A model generated the notes under the pieces. The model was not told the origin of the DNA and made no database searches. It saw nothing but the letters and a program-made list of their open reading frames with translations. From the NCBI RefSeq assembly GCF_004010195.1, contig NC_057718.1, positions 11,031,288 through 11,092,129 of the forward strand: a stretch of 60,842 bases of DNA. The letters run 5' to 3'. Position 1 is the stretch's first letter; each line of letters begins with the position of its first letter. Made by a program: the position numbers and the translations under genes. Of the stretch, positions 13,151-25,642 are shown one piece after another. Source of the stretch: Chiloscyllium plagiosum. Lineage: Eukaryota.

Positions 13151-13549
13151 TTTACGGCTGATGTCAAAGATAATGTATTTGGTTTTAAAATATTGACTGT
13201 AGTCAAAGATTTGCTTGTTTAATTAATTCATTTAATGATAAATAATTGAATTTGTAACACGTTTTATATTTCAAAATGATGGCTACCTACACAAACTTAA
13301 ATTATCATTTTAGTTCGCACCATTTCTAGAAAGACTTCTTGAGGCTCCACAGTTTACTTGATATGCCTTTGGCATTAATATTAACTTGGTGCTGGGAATG
13401 GCTGCTCTCTTTGGAGCCATATCTGAGCAGGATTAAGTGTCTCAGGGAAATGAGTGAAAATGGAGAACATTGTCAAAACTAGAGAAATATGAATTGTGTT
13501 TGAAGACATTGGCTTTTTTTTTGTGCATCTTTTAAATTTTATTGCAGAA

Positions 13550-13990
13550 TTTCTTATTTATCTATGGTTGTCACTGGCTAGACAAGCATGTATTGTCCAT
13601 CTCTCATCTCCCAGTTGACAGTTCAGAGCTAACCACATTGCTGTGGTTCTGGAGTCGTTAGGTCAGACCAGTTAAGGACATTAATGAACTACATGGGTTT
13701 TTCCTTCCAGTTGACAATGGTTTCATGGCCATCCTGCACTCTTAATTCCAGACATTTTACTGAATTCATATTCCAACATCTGCCATAGCAGGACTCCAAC
13801 CTGAGTCCCCAGAGTATTATCTGGGTGTCTCTGGTTTAATATGCCAGCGATGTATCTCGACCATTGCATTTGTTTATTTGAATTCAGATTCTTCATCCAT
13901 CATGAGGGAATCATGCCCATCTCCTCAAACTTTATTCTGGGATTCTGGATTTTTAGTCCAGCAATATTACTACTTTACATCACCTCGCTG
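13550..13990 (-). mobile_element. tRNA-derived SINE (family S1) plus an adjacent partial copy
   Basis: AACCACATTGCTGTG...GGACATTA.TGAAC...TGAATTCA.ATTCC..CATCTGCCAT shared with the copies at 15530, 21735 and 58585. tRNA-like head on the minus strand. Confidence 0.75.
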
Positions 13991-14450
13991 ACACTGGGTA
14001 GTGTTTAGGTTCACATCTTGTTGGTAGAAGTAATAATTTTGCATAGACCTATATATGAGAGAATATTTGCACTAGAGCTATGATCTGTTTGTGTTTTTTG
14101 AAGGTATCTATGGAAATATTTGTTGATTGCTGGCTTTGAACAGTCTTCGGAAAAGTCCTACGGCATGGTCCAGTGAACTAGCTGAATGTTGCTTTTGTGA
14201 CCAGAAATGTACAAAGAAATTCTTTCAACCTTGAAGCAATTCAAGCAATATTTATTATTGAGTCTGGTAGACATAGTACATTGTGTACCATTTAATTACA
14301 TTCCAAATTGTACATATAGAATTATGAATGGATGGAAGTGAGTAATAGGCTGTAACTTAACTGGTGAGGAAGGGGTTGTTCACATGACTTTGCAAGGCTG
14401 TATGCTTTATGAATTTTTTTTAAATTATCTATTACGCTTTCCAAATAAAG

Positions 14451-15190
14451 TGTCAGGCAGCATCCAAGGAGTAGGAGAATCAGCCCTTCAGGAATGAGGC
14501 ATGTGGGCCGGGAAGCTGAGAGATAAATGGGAGGGGTGGGGGGGGTGAAGGTAATTGGCAATGCAACAAGTAGATAGAAGTGAGAGGTGATGGTGGTACA
14601 TTGGAGAGCGGATAAATGGGAAAGTTGATGGAGAGGTCAAGAGAGCGGTGCGGAGTTGGAGGCTTGGGACTGGGATAAGGTGAGATGAGGGGAAATGAGG
14701 AAACTGGTGAAATCCACATTGATCCCAAGAGGTTGCAGGGTCCCAAGGCAGAGATGAGGCATTCTTCTTTCAGGCGTTGGATGGTTAGGGTTCGGCTATG
14801 GAGGAGGCCCAGGACTTGCATGTCGTTGACAGAGTGAGAAAGGGAGTTGAAGTGTTCAGCTACGGGGCAATGGGGTTGGTTGGTGTGGATGTCCCAGAGA
14901 TGTTCTCTGAAATGATCCGCAAGTTAGCATCCTGTCTCTGTAGAGGAGACCACATCAGTTGCAACGGATACGGTAAATAACACCTATTGCGTTCCCAGCT
15001 ACCAACCCGGCGTTTCTCCCCCCCGCCCCATTTATCTATCAGCTCCCCAGGCATCAAGCCACATTCTTGATGAAGGGTTTATGCCTGAAACGTTGATTTT
15101 CCTGCTCCTCAGATGCTGTCTGATCAGCAGTGCTTTTCCAGCACCACACTCTCGACTCTGATCTCCAGCATCTGCAGTCCTCACTTTCTC
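14451..15190 (-). mobile_element. Penelope-like element (family A) 3' part: GIY-YIG remnant plus inverted terminal repeat, ~14-bp TSD
   Basis: Minus strand VIYRIRCN*CGLLY..ETG..LADHFREH...DMQVLGLL. Inverted terminus at ~14990-15190. CTTT(C/A)CAAATAAAG at 14437-14450 and 15191-15204. Confidence 0.88.
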
Positions 15191-15686
15191 CTTTACAAAT
15201 AAAGGTTCAAATAATGGCAGGATTAAGCAATGCCAAACTGGCGACATTGCGAATAATGTGATGTTTTTCAGAAGTGCATTTGAGAGCATTGTTTTTCCAG
15301 ATGTAGGAAGGAAAGTGTAGTTATCTAGCCTGTGATGTTCCAGTAGAATCTTAACTGTCTGTATTCTGGTTTATATAAACTTACTAGTTTATAGGCCAGG
15401 ACATGTTTTGTCCCCAGATGAAGCAGCTTAACTACTCCAACTCTGCTCAGTGGTTGATTGTCCTTTTCTGCATCCATTTCTCATTATGCTACTGATCATG
15501 TGATTGAAAAGCTTGTCTCGTTTCTACATTTTTAAGAATTTACTCTTTTATGGAACTTGAGCATTACTGTCAACACCAGCATTTGTTGCACTTCCCTCAT
15601 TGCCTTTGAACTGATCATTTTGCTGAGCAGTTTCAGAGGACAGTTAAAAATCAACCACTTGCCTGGTGTGGAGTCATATGTCGGCC

Positions 15687-15865
15687 GAGGTGAACGTGAG
15701 CTTTCCCAGCTACCTCCCCCCCCAACCCCACCCACTCCCCTTTTCTCTCCCAGCCCCGACCCACAAGCCTCATCCCTGATGAAGGGCATATGCCCGAAAT
15801 GTTGATTCGCCTGCTCCTCAAATGCTGCTTGATCTACAGTGCTTTTCCAGCAGCACACTGTCAAC
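15687..15865 (+). mobile_element. PLE family-A terminal insertion with 13-bp TSD
   Basis: TCATATGT(C/A)GGCC at 15674-15686 and 15866-15878. Confidence 0.85.
15772..15807 (+). ncRNA. Minimal hammerhead ribozyme motif (PLE family A), sense to the host gene
   Basis: AUCC-CUGAUGA-A-GGGC-AUAU-GCCC-GAAA-UGUU-GAUU: core and stem II intact, stems I and III weakened. Confidence 0.6.
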
Positions 15866-17663
15866 TCATATGTAGGCCTGACCAGATAAAGATGTGAGAT
15901 TTCCTTTCCTAAGGCACATTAATGTACCAACTGGGTTTTTAAAAAATCAATTGTTTTATTTATTTACTGAGACGAGCTTTTAATGCCAAATTTTTATGGA
16001 TTGAATTTAAATTCCACCAGCTGCTATAGAAGGATTTGAACCCATTTCTCTGGAGTCTTAGTCTGGGCCTCAAAATTATGAATTGAATGACTCTCCCATC
16101 AATATCTCCATCGTTTGTAGCCACCATCTGAAAACTGACATGAGATTGCTATACTGGTGGGATTAGGTGACCTGGTTGACAGTTATGATCGAGCCCCTCA
16201 AATGGGCGACTGTTCGTTTAAGGAAATAGAATCAGGGACATGGAAACAACCATACAATAATCTCCTTTCTTCCCCAGCCTCGCAATGTCCTTTGGTTCTC
16301 TCTGACATGAATTGTTAAACCTTCTATTTGGTACTTCGTTTAATAGTTGCCTAATGTAATTGCCTGTTTCTGCGAAAATGTATGATCTGTATAAGTTTGG
16401 AGTGTATCAAAGGCAAATCTGATTCTTCTGGCAAATTCTACCTTTTCATGTGGCAAGTCTAGTTCTTCCCTCTTCACTTCCACCCTCCCCCCTCGACTAC
16501 TTGAGATCAGCAACCTTAGTACAGGTGGGCAATGGTTTGTCTGCATCTTGGATGCTTTGAAATAATGCTGTAATTATTGAGGGAGATTTGAAGTGTTTGA
16601 ATGTTCAATTCTAGGCCGTAAAAACTTGCATATTAATTTTTTATATGTTAGATTGCAGTTCTTTGTGTTGCTACATCACCCAATACATGAAAACACAGCA
16701 TATCATAATTCTACATTGCCTACTGGTTGAGGTTGCTATTTTGTTATCTGATATATCTAATGCTATGTGTGCCCAATAGAATTGTGTTTAGTCCTTGATT
16801 CACTGAATTCGAATCATTAAATTCAAATTTGCCATTTGACAAAGTGCTTGCTGTTGAAGTCGTCATTATTTTCATTTATCCAAGGATCAGAAAAAGGTTG
16901 TTAGACACCTGTTTGTACTTTAATGAGTACAATTTCAAACTACTCGACCTCACCTCATTAGAAAATTCATCCTTTCCTGGATAGACCCTAGTGAAATTTC
17001 TCGTGGTCTGTCTCCAATTCTAGTTGCCTTTGGTAAGGGGCTGTCTATTAGCAATATTTCACCATAAACCAAAATCCTTCATTTCCAGAAATGTGCCTAA
17101 TTTTTTCTTTGGCTTCCAAGTTAACTTAGTCTGCATTTTTGCTGTTCTGTCATTGAACATGATTCTGCCAGCGTTCCCGCTTACTCTTCATTTCCTCATT
17201 TTCTCTCTCATTCCCTGAACAGTCATCGAGCCTTTCACCACCGTGCGCTTTTTTGGCTTGGATCAATTCCTGGCATACACTACCAGACATCAGGAAGAGC
17301 GCAAGACCAAATAAGTCATTAATGTTACGAAATTGACATCTTGAACAAACCTGCTGAAATTTGTCAGTGACTAAAGAAGTTTGTTTATATTGTCTCTTAA
17401 TCCTCCCAGACCCTTGTTCCTCTCCATGTTGTTCAAAATTCATACTGTGAATTATTGATCAAGAACTGAAATGTCTGTGTGACCCCATTTGGATGTATTA
17501 AAATACATACTGAAGACATGCAACTCTTTTACATGGAACTTCTGCAGAGAAATAAGATATTTGACAGAACTGGTCTATGTTGGTATTCGTGCTCCCACAC
17601 TACTTCATCCAGCCGTAACTGCATATCTTCCTTTGTGTAAGTCCTTACATAGTTTTCCTTAAA

Positions 17664-18185
17664 ATAGAGTCATAGAGATATACAGCACGGAAACAGACCC
17701 TTTGGTCCAATTCATCTATGCCAACCAGTATCCTAAATTAATCCAGTCCCATCTGCCTGCATTTGGCGCATATCCCTCTAAACCCTTCCTTTCATATACT
17801 CATCCAGGTGCCTTTTAGATGTTGTCATTGTACCAGCCTCTATCACTTCCTCCGGCAGCTCATTCCATACCCACAATACCTTCTGCGTGAAAGAGTTATG
17901 CCTTAGAACCCTTTTAAATCTTTCCCCTCTCACCTTAAACCTATGCCCTCTATTTTGAACTCCACCATCCCTGGGAAAAGACATTGCCTACTTACCCTAT
18001 TGTTGCCCCTCGTGCTTTTATAAACTTCTCAGTCTCTGACATTACAGGCAAAATTCAGTCTATTCAGCCTCTCCCTAATCCTCCAAACCTGGCAACATCC
18101 TTGTAAATCTTTTCTGAACCCATTCACGTTTCACAACATCCTTCCTAAAACAGGGAGACCAGAATTGCACACAATACTCCAAAAG
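17664..18185 (-). mobile_element. HER1-like CR1 LINE 3' end
   Basis: [29 protein letters not shown] and RGHRFKVRGERFK...WNELPEEV. Tail (CTCTATGA)n-type. Confidence 0.9.
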
Positions 18186-18714
18186 TATCCTTATCTGTTC
18201 TAAAAGGGTGACCTCTAATTGTGAAAGATTGTTTCCCCCATGTTTTGAACTGACTGACCACAAGAGGAGATATCTTTCCACACCTATCTTGTCAAAACTA
18301 TTCAAGATCTTATATACTTCAAATAGATTACTCTGACCACTCTTCTCAGCTCCAGTGAAAATAAGCCCAACATGTCCAAACTATTCTGTCAAGACAACTC
18401 ACTGATTCCAGGTAAAAACGAAGTAAACCTCCTCTGAACTGCAGTTGCGTTCTTCCTTAAATAATGTAGTATTCAAGATGTAATCTCAACAATGCCATAT
18501 GTAACTGAAGATTAACATTGTTACTTTAACGTTCAATTTCTAAAGAATAGCATCTGCCTTGATTATGTGCTGTATCTGCATACTAAACGTTTGTGACTTA
18601 TGCACTGGAGCACCTAAATCTCTTGACACTTCACATCCACAGTCATTATCTGTGAAAGTGATGTCCTCATTTCTTCAGCCTCTCAAAGTGAGCTTCTTCA
18701 CATTTTCCCACAGT
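18186..18714 (-). mobile_element. Older CR1 LINE fragment hosting the neighbouring insertions
   Basis: Decayed CR1 3' coding region; homology continues at ~17545-17660 and ~19210-19270. Confidence 0.6.
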
Positions 18715-19207
18715 GAATTGAATTTAATTAGCTTTGTTGTCACATGTATTCAAATGAGTACAGTGAAAAGTTTATGTGTCACCCCTACAGTGCCATCTTA
18801 GGTACAAAGGTACCTGGGTACGGCTTCTTCGGTTACAAGAGCTTAGAAAATACAGAAATACAAGTTTAGATAAGCAGTTTTCCAACCAGACCATGCTGAC
18901 ATTTAGATTCCAGACTGCACTAGGCTTCACCTTGAAGATCGTGACACAGGGAAATTGTTCTAGTATCATCTGAAGATCAGGAAACCATGCCAAGGCCACG
19001 TCAGCCCTAGAGACCACCATGCCAGGTCAGGACGCTGTTATATCAAGCTGGGAACACCATCACAGGAGGCTGTTATACCAGGCCGATAGGCCACTTCTCG
19101 ACATCAGAACTGAGGCCTGGAGAGAAGAAGGCAAAAAGAACAGAAAGAAGAAATACGGGCGGAGTGGATGAGCTCCAGCTGAAACGTCCAACTCCATCGC
19201 CATCTTG
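18715..19207 (-). mobile_element. Non-coding, non-autonomous retroposon-like element (5' CAAGATGGCG, 3' microsatellite-like tail)
   Basis: Interrupts the CR1 between TGAAT direct repeats. Its ends resemble the ends of the element at 34115-35856. Confidence 0.55.
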
Positions 19208-21517
19208 AATACGCTCCAGATTTTTACACACTTGATGACCTATGCATCTGCAACCTCATTATGTCTTTACAACAAAATTACCTAATCAAAATAAACAAGG
19301 AACAGAAGCTTCCAAATATTCACGATTGTCACTTGATGTGATCTCTACCACAAGCGAAAATAATGTATTAACTATATTTAATTCTAATTCCTTTATAATT
19401 TTATGATTAGCATGTTGAGAAAAACTGCAGTTTACAATTTAATGCTTTAAATTCAGTCTTTGCCAGCAATGCTGTTACGTTTAAATCTTTTTTAGACCTG
19501 TGTTAGTTCTGTCCTTTTATGTCATGTGAGTCTTGTGCAGCCAACAGCAACACCAAAGTAAAATTGCCAGGCTGAGTAAGGCTGATAGATGTAAGACCAA
19601 ATAAAAGCATTCCTAGCTGCCAAGAAGTTGCCTTTTTGCGCAGTGTGAGATCCATGCACCAGGAGCCAGCAGCACTAACCTGCCACACAACCCAGGATGA
19701 AGATGACTTCAGTTCGTTGTCTACCTCAAATTGCTGCCATCATTGCCTGTTTGTGAGAAACTTACAATTATCAGTACTTCATCTCGTGTTAAACAACTGA
19801 GCAGTTTGGCTAGACAATTCCAAACCTTGAGAGGATGCAGTCTCTCGTAATACTATTGAATATGTTCAACAGTTTCGGCAAACAAACTAAAGTTTCCATC
19901 TTTGAGGATTATGGATTCTCAAACATTGAATCTATTTGAGGCTGAGTTGGACAGATCGTTGATGTGCCATGGAATATGAGAAGTGGTCAGGAAGTTGTGG
20001 CAGACCATCATCCATGATTGTATTGAATGGCAGAGCAAGCTCATGGGCTGGTTTTCTTGTACTTTTGCAGCATACTTATCGTTCTATCAAGCTGGTGTTC
20101 TGTTTTGCACACACTAAGAAAGCTGACATTAACAATCCTTCAAAAAGGCAATGACTCACCTTAGCTAAGTATAGATAAGCCAACGTTTTTTTAAAACATG
20201 CTTCTCTATTTATAAATTATTTCCCAAATTCGGTCAACCTGACCTCATCATCTCTGCTGCCAAGCAAGCAGGTGGGGCAACTTTCTGCACATTGCTGCCA
20301 AAATTCCCATTGTCTGCTGTGACTTTCTCCAATTTCCTCCCTGCCCCCTCCCAAAAGAAGACTTCATTCATTTAAAGCTCCTTCCCATTGTGCTTTAAGT
20401 GACTTTAATCTGGGGATTTGTATTTTTCATCTCATATTTCAGTATTCTTATACTGCATCAAATTTAACTGAAACTAATTCTGATCATTGAATATCTACAG
20501 TAAAGAAAAAGGCTATTCACCCCCATCATATCTGTTCTGGCCCTCTGAAGGTGCAGTTTATTTAATGCCACTCTCTTGTCTTTTCCTCAAAGTGCTGCAA
20601 ACCTTTCCTTTTTAGACAATGATCCAATTCCCATTTTCAAGCCTCAGTTGAACTTGCCTCCACCACAGTGTCAGGCAGATCCCAACCACTCAGAGTGGAA
20701 AAGATTTTCCTCATGTCACCATCGTTTCTTTTGCCAGTTGCCTTAACTTTGTGCCTTCTGGTTCATGATCTTTTCACCAGTGGGAACTGTTTATCTCCAT
20801 CTATTCTGTTCAACCCTTATGATTCAGTATAAATTTCCTTCCAATCCTCTTGTCTCCAAGCAAAATTGTCCCAATTCCTTCATTCTTTCTATCTAACCAA
20901 TGTTCCTCATCCCTGGAACTCCACATATGAATCTCCTTCATATCCTTTTAATGCTGTCACATCATTCCTAACATTGTGGCTCCTAGAACTGGATACAGTA
21001 TTCACTTGAGGCTGAAGCACTTTTTGTTTGCCGATTATCACTAATTTCCTTATTTTGTCCTCTGCCCCTATTTGTAAAGCCTTGGATTCGATATGTTATA
21101 ATAACCATGTTTTCAACCTGTTCTACCAACTTCAATGACTTAAGCATATATACACCCAGGTCCTTTTGCTCCTGCACCCTTTTGTAATTGTACCTTTTAC
21201 TTTTACATTCTTCATACCGAAGTTCTTCATTGACCTCCTTCTGTTTCATCATGTTTCCAAGTTTTGTATAATCTACATATTTTGAGATTGGGCCTTTCAC
21301 AACACGGCCCAGGCTGTTAATATATATTAGAAAGAACAGGAGTCCTGACATCAATCCTTGAGGATCTCTACTATAAACCTTTCTCCTTGTTTTAAAAAAA
21401 CAACCATTTACCATTTCTGTTTCCGGTTATTCTGCTATTATTAAATCCATGTCTCTCTCATTCCATGAAGTCTAACTTTATTCACAAGTTGGGTGTTTGC
21501 CACTTTGTGAAATGCAT

Positions 21518-21597
21518 GTTTGTAAGTTTGGTCATTGAACTGGAAGGTTCGTTTTCAGACGTTTTGTCACCATGCTAGGTAACGTCATCAGTGAGCC
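21518..21597 (-). mobile_element. ~80-bp PLE family-D terminal insertion with >=13-bp TSD
   Basis: TTGTGAAATGCAT at 21505-21517 and 21598-21610. Confidence 0.75.
21555..21594 (-). ncRNA. Minimal hammerhead ribozyme motif (PLE family D), one core substitution
   Basis: UCA-CUGAUGA-C-GUUACC-UAGCAU-GGUGAC-AAAA-CGUC-UGA: stem I UCA/UGA, 6-bp stem II, ACGU palindrome, GUC triplet. GAAA is changed to AAAA at a CpG site. Confidence 0.7.
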
Positions 21598-21734
21598 TTG
21601 TGAAATGCATCTTTGAAGTCCATCATCCATATGACCCTCATCAGCCCTGTCTGTTACCACCTCAAAATAAAACTGGCAAATTAGTTAAAAATGATTTACC
21701 TTTAATAACTCCATCCTGACTTACCTTAGTTTGT

Positions 21735-22080
21735 TTTATTAATTTGTGGGATAAGGGCATCACTTGGTAGATCAGGATTTATTGCCCAGAGTGCAGTTAA
21801 GAATCAACCATGTTTCTGTGCAGTTGGAATCACATGTTGGCTGGACTAGATAAGGAGGGCAGTTTCCTTCCCCAAAGGACATTAGTGAACTAGATGGATT
21901 TTTTCTGATAATTGGTAATGGATTCATGGTCGTTATAGACTGTTAATTTCAGAATTTTTTAGTATAGAATTCAAATTCTACCATCTGCCATGATAGGATT
22001 TGAACCTGGATCATCAGAACATTATCTGGATCTTTGGATTGACAGTCCAGCAATAATATCACTAGGCCATCGCCTCCCCT
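21735..22080 (-). mobile_element. SINE family S1, best-preserved copy
   Basis: Minus strand starts GGCGATGGCCTAGTGATATT (A box) with GGTTCAAATCC (B box) and ends GGGCAATAAAT...CCCACAAATTAATAAAA. Confidence 0.82.
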
Positions 22081-23059
22081 ACGTTTATCCCAAGGACTGT
22101 CATGTTGTCCCGAATTGTCATTTCTGAAAGCTTTCCCATCACCAAGGGTAAAATAACTGACTGGTAACTGCCAGTCTTTATACCTTTTTTGAACAAATGT
22201 GTAATATATGCTTTTCTCCAGTCCTCTGGAAACACATCTGAGTCTAAGGAGAAAAGGTGAAAAATAATGGCCAATGTTTCTGCATATTTCCCTCCGTATC
22301 CTTGGATGATCCTGGTGTTATACCAACATTAAGTACAAGCTGCCTATCCAATACCACTGCCTAATTTTTTCAAATCTTCAATATCTGGACTACCTCCTGT
22401 TTCACCATGGCTTCGGCAACATCTTCTAAGTGCAAAGTATCTATACTTTTGCGGTACTTAAACAATCACTTTCGTAACAGCAGCCCATTGTTCACTTCGT
22501 GTTTTGCCTGCTAATCTTTGACTCAAATTTATCTGGGCCCAATTTACCCATACCAATTCAAAATTAGCTTTTCTCCCTGGTTTGGTTTGCTTCTCCTTTC
22601 TCATTGACAATGTAAACCTCATTATACGTCAAGATCATTGGCCCCTTTGTATCCCCCTATTGAAACTTGATGTACATGGCACACCTTACTCCCAAGAACC
22701 AGATTCACCAAAGCATCCTTTCCCAATGAACCAAAATGTTTGCTATAGAGAATTCTTCTGAACACATTCTAATAGCTCTTCTCTGCCCTTCACGTTCACC
22801 AGTCCATGTTTGAATGATTTAAGACCCCCATTATGACTGTTTTAAAAAATATATTTTGCAATGTTTTGTAACTTCCTTACAAATTTGTTCCTTAATATGA
22901 ACTAGCTTACGGCCTATTGATTATCCTGAGCAATACAAATGCATCCTTATGTGTTTGTTACCTCAAACTAAATAGATTCCGTCCTTAAACCCTCTGTGGT
23001 ACTAGAGAGTATATATTCATGTTTTCCTTTAATGAAACCTGCCTTTCTTTATCTTTTCC

Positions 23060-23610
23060 TCAACGATTTACCTGCACTTCCACATGTCATTTACTGTATC
23101 CATTACTCCTGATGCGGTCTCCTCTAGATTGGGGAGACAGGACGCCTACTTGCAGAACCCTTCAGAGAACATCTCAGGGGCACCTGCACCAACCAACCCC
23201 ACTGCCCTGTGGTCAAACACTTTAACCCCCTCTGCCACTCTGCCAAGGACATGCAGGTCCTGGGCCGCCTCCATCGCCAAACCCTAACCACAAGATGCCT
23301 GGAGGAAGAACACCTCATCTTCTGCCTTGGGACCTTCCAACCACACGAGATTGATGTGGATTTTACCAGTTTCCTCACTTGCCCTCCCCCCACCTTATCC
23401 CAGATCCAATCTTCCAATTCTGCATCGCCCTCATGACCTGTCCCCCCCCCCGTCCACTTCAGCCCCATCCCTCTCCCATTTATCCCTCTACCTCCTTGAC
23501 TCAGAAGCTCACTCTTGATGAAGTGCTTATGCCCGAAATATCGATTCTCCTGCTCCTCGGATGCTGCCTGGCCTGCTGTGCTTTTCCAGTACTACACTCA
23601 CGACCTTGTT
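23060..23610 (+). mobile_element. Penelope-like element (family A) 3' part with GIY-YIG remnant
   Basis: VIYCIHYS*CGLL*IGETGRLLAEPFREHL...HFNP..HSAKDMQVLG...LEEEHLIF.LGTFQP. Decayed hammerhead motif at ~23512-23547. Confidence 0.9.
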
Positions 23611-24584
23611 CTATTTAATATCCAGTCCTGCCTTTCTTTTGACCACGTCTCTATTATCACCATGTTGTAATTACATGTGGTTATCTGTACCTGCGATTCA
23701 CCAATTTTATTTAACAGACTGCACTTTGCCATTCATGCTTTCTTTTTCGCATTGTACCTACTTAACATCTTAATTCCCCCTTATTTTCTTTGCACTTTGC
23801 TACTCCTTTTTAGTCTGTCTTCCTGGTTTCCATACCCTGCCATATTAGTTTAAAATCTCCCCAACAACACTAACAAATTGATCCCTCCAAGGAATCAGTC
23901 CAGCTGTATTTGGGTGCAATGCAAGAATTGATCCCAGTACCTCAAAAATCTAAAGTTTTTCCTGTTGTATCCCATGTATTCATATATTGCCATCTTATTT
24001 CTATACCTGTGTGGGATACCAGCTGTAATCCAGAGAACCTTTTTAAGGCCATGTTTACTAATTTTCTACCTGTCTCCCTAAATTGATACTATAACTAACT
24101 GGGGAGAAAATAGATCCTTTAGCAAGAACAGTGGAGTTCAAATGTAAATATGTCTTCATTTTAAATCTTTAATTGTTTTCACTTGTCTTCTGAAAATGTG
24201 GCACGTGTGATTTGTCTCACTGAATCATGGGGGTGGAGCTATGAATACTGCAATACTCAACTTGGGCAGAAAGACCTTTTGCTGTGAGGCGTGTGTTTTT
24301 ATTGTTCAGGCAGGCGAATACTTAACAGGTGTGCTGTATTTGCCAAGGCTGGATTCCAAACTGGCCACATCAGTCTTGGCATCCACGCTTCTCTACATTT
24401 TGAATGCCACATTCTTAATCACAGTCTTGAATTGAAGTTTGCTTAGTAAATTATTTGCACTATTTAAATTGCAAAGAAAGGTACATAGTGGAAAGTGCTT
24501 GAATCTTTGTCTTCAACTGTACTCCCTCTTCAGTTTTTATTTGCTCAACCTCAAGCATGTCATTCCCCAATTACTCTGGGTTAA

Positions 24585-24700
24585 CTTGCTTACGTTTTCT
24601 ATATTACAACAGTGACTGTGCTTCAAAAGTACTTTGCCTGTGTATTGCTATGGCACAACTTCAGGTAGTAAAGGCTTCTATAGAAATGCAAGTCTTTCTT
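24585..24700 (+). mobile_element. 3' part of a Deu-domain (SacSINE1/AmnSINE1-like) SINE
   Basis: ATTACAACAGTGACT...CTTCAAAAGTACTT...AAAGGC..CTATA.AAATGCAAGTCTTTCTT. Related pieces at 31985, 53118 and 57540. Confidence 0.7.
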
Positions 24701-24734
24701 TATTGGTGCTATCTCAAATCACCTCACTAATTGT

Positions 24735-24955
24735 AAAAGCAAGCAGTATGACTGCTGGAAAGACACAACAGTTTGAGCAAAGTCTGTGGGGGAGAGAAAC
24801 AGTTAAACCCTTCAAGTCAAAGACCTTTCATTGGGATGGCACTTGCTTTTCTGGCTATGTAGTACTTACTAATGAAGGCTTACCTACCTGAATCTGCTTT
24901 CCCTTTCCACAAATGCTGCCTGACCTGCTGAGTATTTTCAGCATTTTCTGATTCT
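24735..24955. mobile_element. Fold-back PLE family-C terminal fragment
   Basis: TCTGTGG..GAGAGAAACAGTTAA followed by the inverted TCCACA.ATGCTGCCTGACCTGCTGAGTATTT.CAGCATTTTCTG. Confidence 0.6.
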
Positions 24956-25180
24956 ACCTCACTCAGATATCTGATGGACCTTTCCCTTAAACAGAATTCC
25001 TTGCCCAGTGCTAAGGATGACTAGGGCTGGGACCTGAATGTGGAATATTTCACACTGTAATGCAAGAAAGCTATTTAGTTGATGACTAGCTCAGTACTGA
25101 ATGATGTCTGTAATTTAAAAGATGTATCAATTTGGGGAGAGACCACAAATAGTAAAGACACGAGATCCCTTATGAGAGTA

Positions 25181-25336
25181 CAGAGGTACCTCGATTTCCG
25201 AAGGACATTGGCGGGGAGTATTGCATTCGGTAATCGAATGTCGGATAATCAATGCCAGATAACGTAGTTAGCCACACATCAGGACCTTGCCATCTTGTTC
25301 AGATGGTCCCAAGTTTTGTTAATCGGGGTTCCTCTG
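25181..25336. mobile_element. 156-bp Tc1/mariner-pogo (Tigger-type) MITE
   Basis: TIRs CAGAGGTACCTCGATT / AATCGGGGTTCCTCTG (14/16 complementary), with TA on both sides (25179-25180, 25337-25338). Confidence 0.85.
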
Positions 25337-25529
25337 TAGTTGCACTTTAAGACAGAATTTATGGGAAGAAAGTTATGGGACATGTAAGAAATGTACTGTG
25401 ATAATCATGAGTGACTTTAATCGACATGGACGGGTGAATCATGGTGAAGAAAGTAGCTTAGAAATTAGTTCTTAGATTTTCTTTAAGCAATATGTTCTAC
25501 AACCAACCATAGGTCAGGCAATTCTAGAT

Positions 25530-25642
25530 AATTTTTAATCAGCCTGTTCAGACATGTTGCAACACATGTCCAGAGCATGTGACACTCAAATCCAGACTTT
25601 CTGGCCCAATGATAGGGTTACTACCACTGCATCATGAAAGCC
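25530..25642 (-). mobile_element. Short tRNA-derived SINE (family S3)
   Basis: Reverse complement resembles 46735-46845 (CAGTGGT...CCCTA...GGTTCAAG.CCCAC...CTGAACAG..TGATTA). Confidence 0.55.

Larger units (their letters stand above)
15530..16110 (-). mobile_element. SINE family S1, interrupted by a PLE fragment
   Basis: Same conserved blocks as the 21735-22080 copy; B-box-like GGATTTGAACCC on the plus strand. Confidence 0.72.
20495..24080 (-). mobile_element. Long, old CR1 LINE (3' end through ORF2), interrupted by PLE and SINE insertions
   Basis: VNGCF..RKVYS..PQG.MSGLLFFLIYINSL...DYTKL (20983-21414) and FPEDWRKAYITHLFKKG (22062-22274). The far boundary is approximate. Confidence 0.75.
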
